Shown: positions 62,801-64,000 of the stretch, piece after piece
Layout: each line of letters begins with the position of its first letter
How positions within the stretch are numbered: the stretch's first letter is position 1
Assembly (NCBI RefSeq): GCF_006345805.1
Contig: NC_043001.1
Location: 63,984,001 to 64,048,000, forward strand
Direction of reading: 5' to 3'
DNA: 64,000 nt
From: Octopus sinensis
Lineage: Eukaryota
Made by a program: the position numbers and the translations under genes
The notes under the pieces: model-generated
Told to the model about the DNA's origin: nothing
Seen by the model: the letters and a program-made list of their open reading frames with translations, nothing else
Database searches by the model: none

Positions 62801-63590
62801 GCAGTCCTCTGATGTTCAGTAGGAGCATCGAGGTGAGGTGTATACTGTTGCCGGTGGTGTCCACCTTGGGTTTATTTGCTGTGGCGGTCTTGTGTATTGT
62901 CGATAGTCTCATCTGTGAGTTTGAGTTTGATGGAGCCAGGTTAGCTGCTGTACAATCTTTTGTGCCATGCACAAAAAAGATTCTTGTTCAGCAGCTGCCC
63001 TTTCAATAACATGTTGGCGGTTTGTAGCATGCACTACATCTGCGTACCTCCGTTTCGGGGCAGGTGGTGCGTGGTCCATTCCTTTCCCTTTCGGTTGTTG
63101 GTTTCTGACCTGTTTCATGTTTATGTGGCAGGGTCTTTGATGTGCAAAATAGCAGCCTGCACCTTCCTCTCCATGCAAGCAGACACCTTTCAGGTGGAAT
63201 TTACACATTCGTGTGCGCTGTCTGTTTCTATCCTTTTTGGTACATGGATAGTCAGGTTTGCTTCTGTCCTTGGCTGTTTCATCTTTTGGTTTTGTTTGAG
63301 TTTTAGTTTTTCCTTCTTTGGCTGTTTCCTCTTTTGTTTTTCTTTTAGTTTTTCCTCCTTTTATTTCTTTTTTGGCTCTTTCATCTCCATGGTTTTGGCT
63401 TTGGCTTTTGGTGCTGGTAGGAGCACTTGTACTTCCCGGGCAGGTTTCTCACCTGAATCTTCTTTGTTGCTGTCCTGGGTGTCTACCAAGTGGGGGTGAC
63501 ATCTTTCATCAGCACACGCGCCTCCATCCTTGCCATCTTTACTTTGTCCGTTGTCAAAGATGGCATCAAGCGTGCCAATGTGAGATCTTA
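59815..63590 (-). mobile_element. Near full-length CR1/L2-group LINE: ORF1 remnant, APE endonuclease, RT, 3' tail
   Basis: LLLNIRGL...LTETHL; GGVAMY; MGDFNLP; ILDLCF; SDHN; NYRPISLTS; QHGFRPGRSC; YLDFAKAFDKVDH; VPQGTVLGPLLF; YADDTK. Frameshift near 62680 and premature stop at 60469. Confidence 0.95.
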
Positions 63591-64000
63591 TGACTCTTTT
63601 ACTTGTTTCAGTCATTTGACTGCGGCCATGCTGGAGTACCGCCTTTAGTCGAGCAAATCGATCCCGGGACTTATTCTTTGTAAGCCCAGTACTTATTCTA
63701 TCGGTCTCTTTTTTCCGAACCGCTAAGTGACGAGGACGTAAACACACCAGCATCGGTTGTCAAGCAATGCTAGGGGGACAAATACAGACACACAAACACA
63801 CACACACATACACACACATATATATATATATATGCTAACCAACCACATGGTTCCGGGTTCAGTCCCACTGCGTGGCATCTTGGGCAAGTGTCTTCTGCTA
63901 TAGCCCCGGGCCGACCAATGCCTTGTGAGTGGATTTGGTAGACGGAAACTGAAAGAAGCCTGTCGTATATATGTATATATATATATATATATGTGTGTGT
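63590..64000. mobile_element. SINE family A 3' half (-) followed by SINE A head (+)
   Basis: 63590-63800 is the reverse tail; 63835-63970 is the forward head. Confidence 0.88.

Overview
Eukaryotic, AT-rich window made almost entirely of transposable elements and (TA)n/(CA)n/(GA)n microsatellites, with one 100-N assembly gap (16752-16851). The SINE families and repeat make-up suggest a coleoid cephalopod, probably Octopus (inference, not checked). No host protein-coding gene can be supported, and most ORFs in the track are microsatellite artefacts. Recognisable content: several decayed Penelope-like elements (PLEs; RT + GIY-YIG), RTE-clade LINEs (one family with a PHD-like finger inside the RT), CR1/L2-group LINEs (one near full length), a fragment of a non-LTR element with a restriction-like endonuclease, a truncated Tc1 transposon, a Helitron-type 3' end and two tRNA-derived SINE families. 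The most interesting hidden signal is non-coding. About 15 type I hammerhead-ribozyme motifs, intact or single-site decayed and many with a palindromic stem III, sit in PLE pseudo-LTRs. They also sit in two non-coding ~556/566-bp tandem-plus-inverted arrays that look like retrozymes. Coordinates and foldings were read by eye and are approximate.
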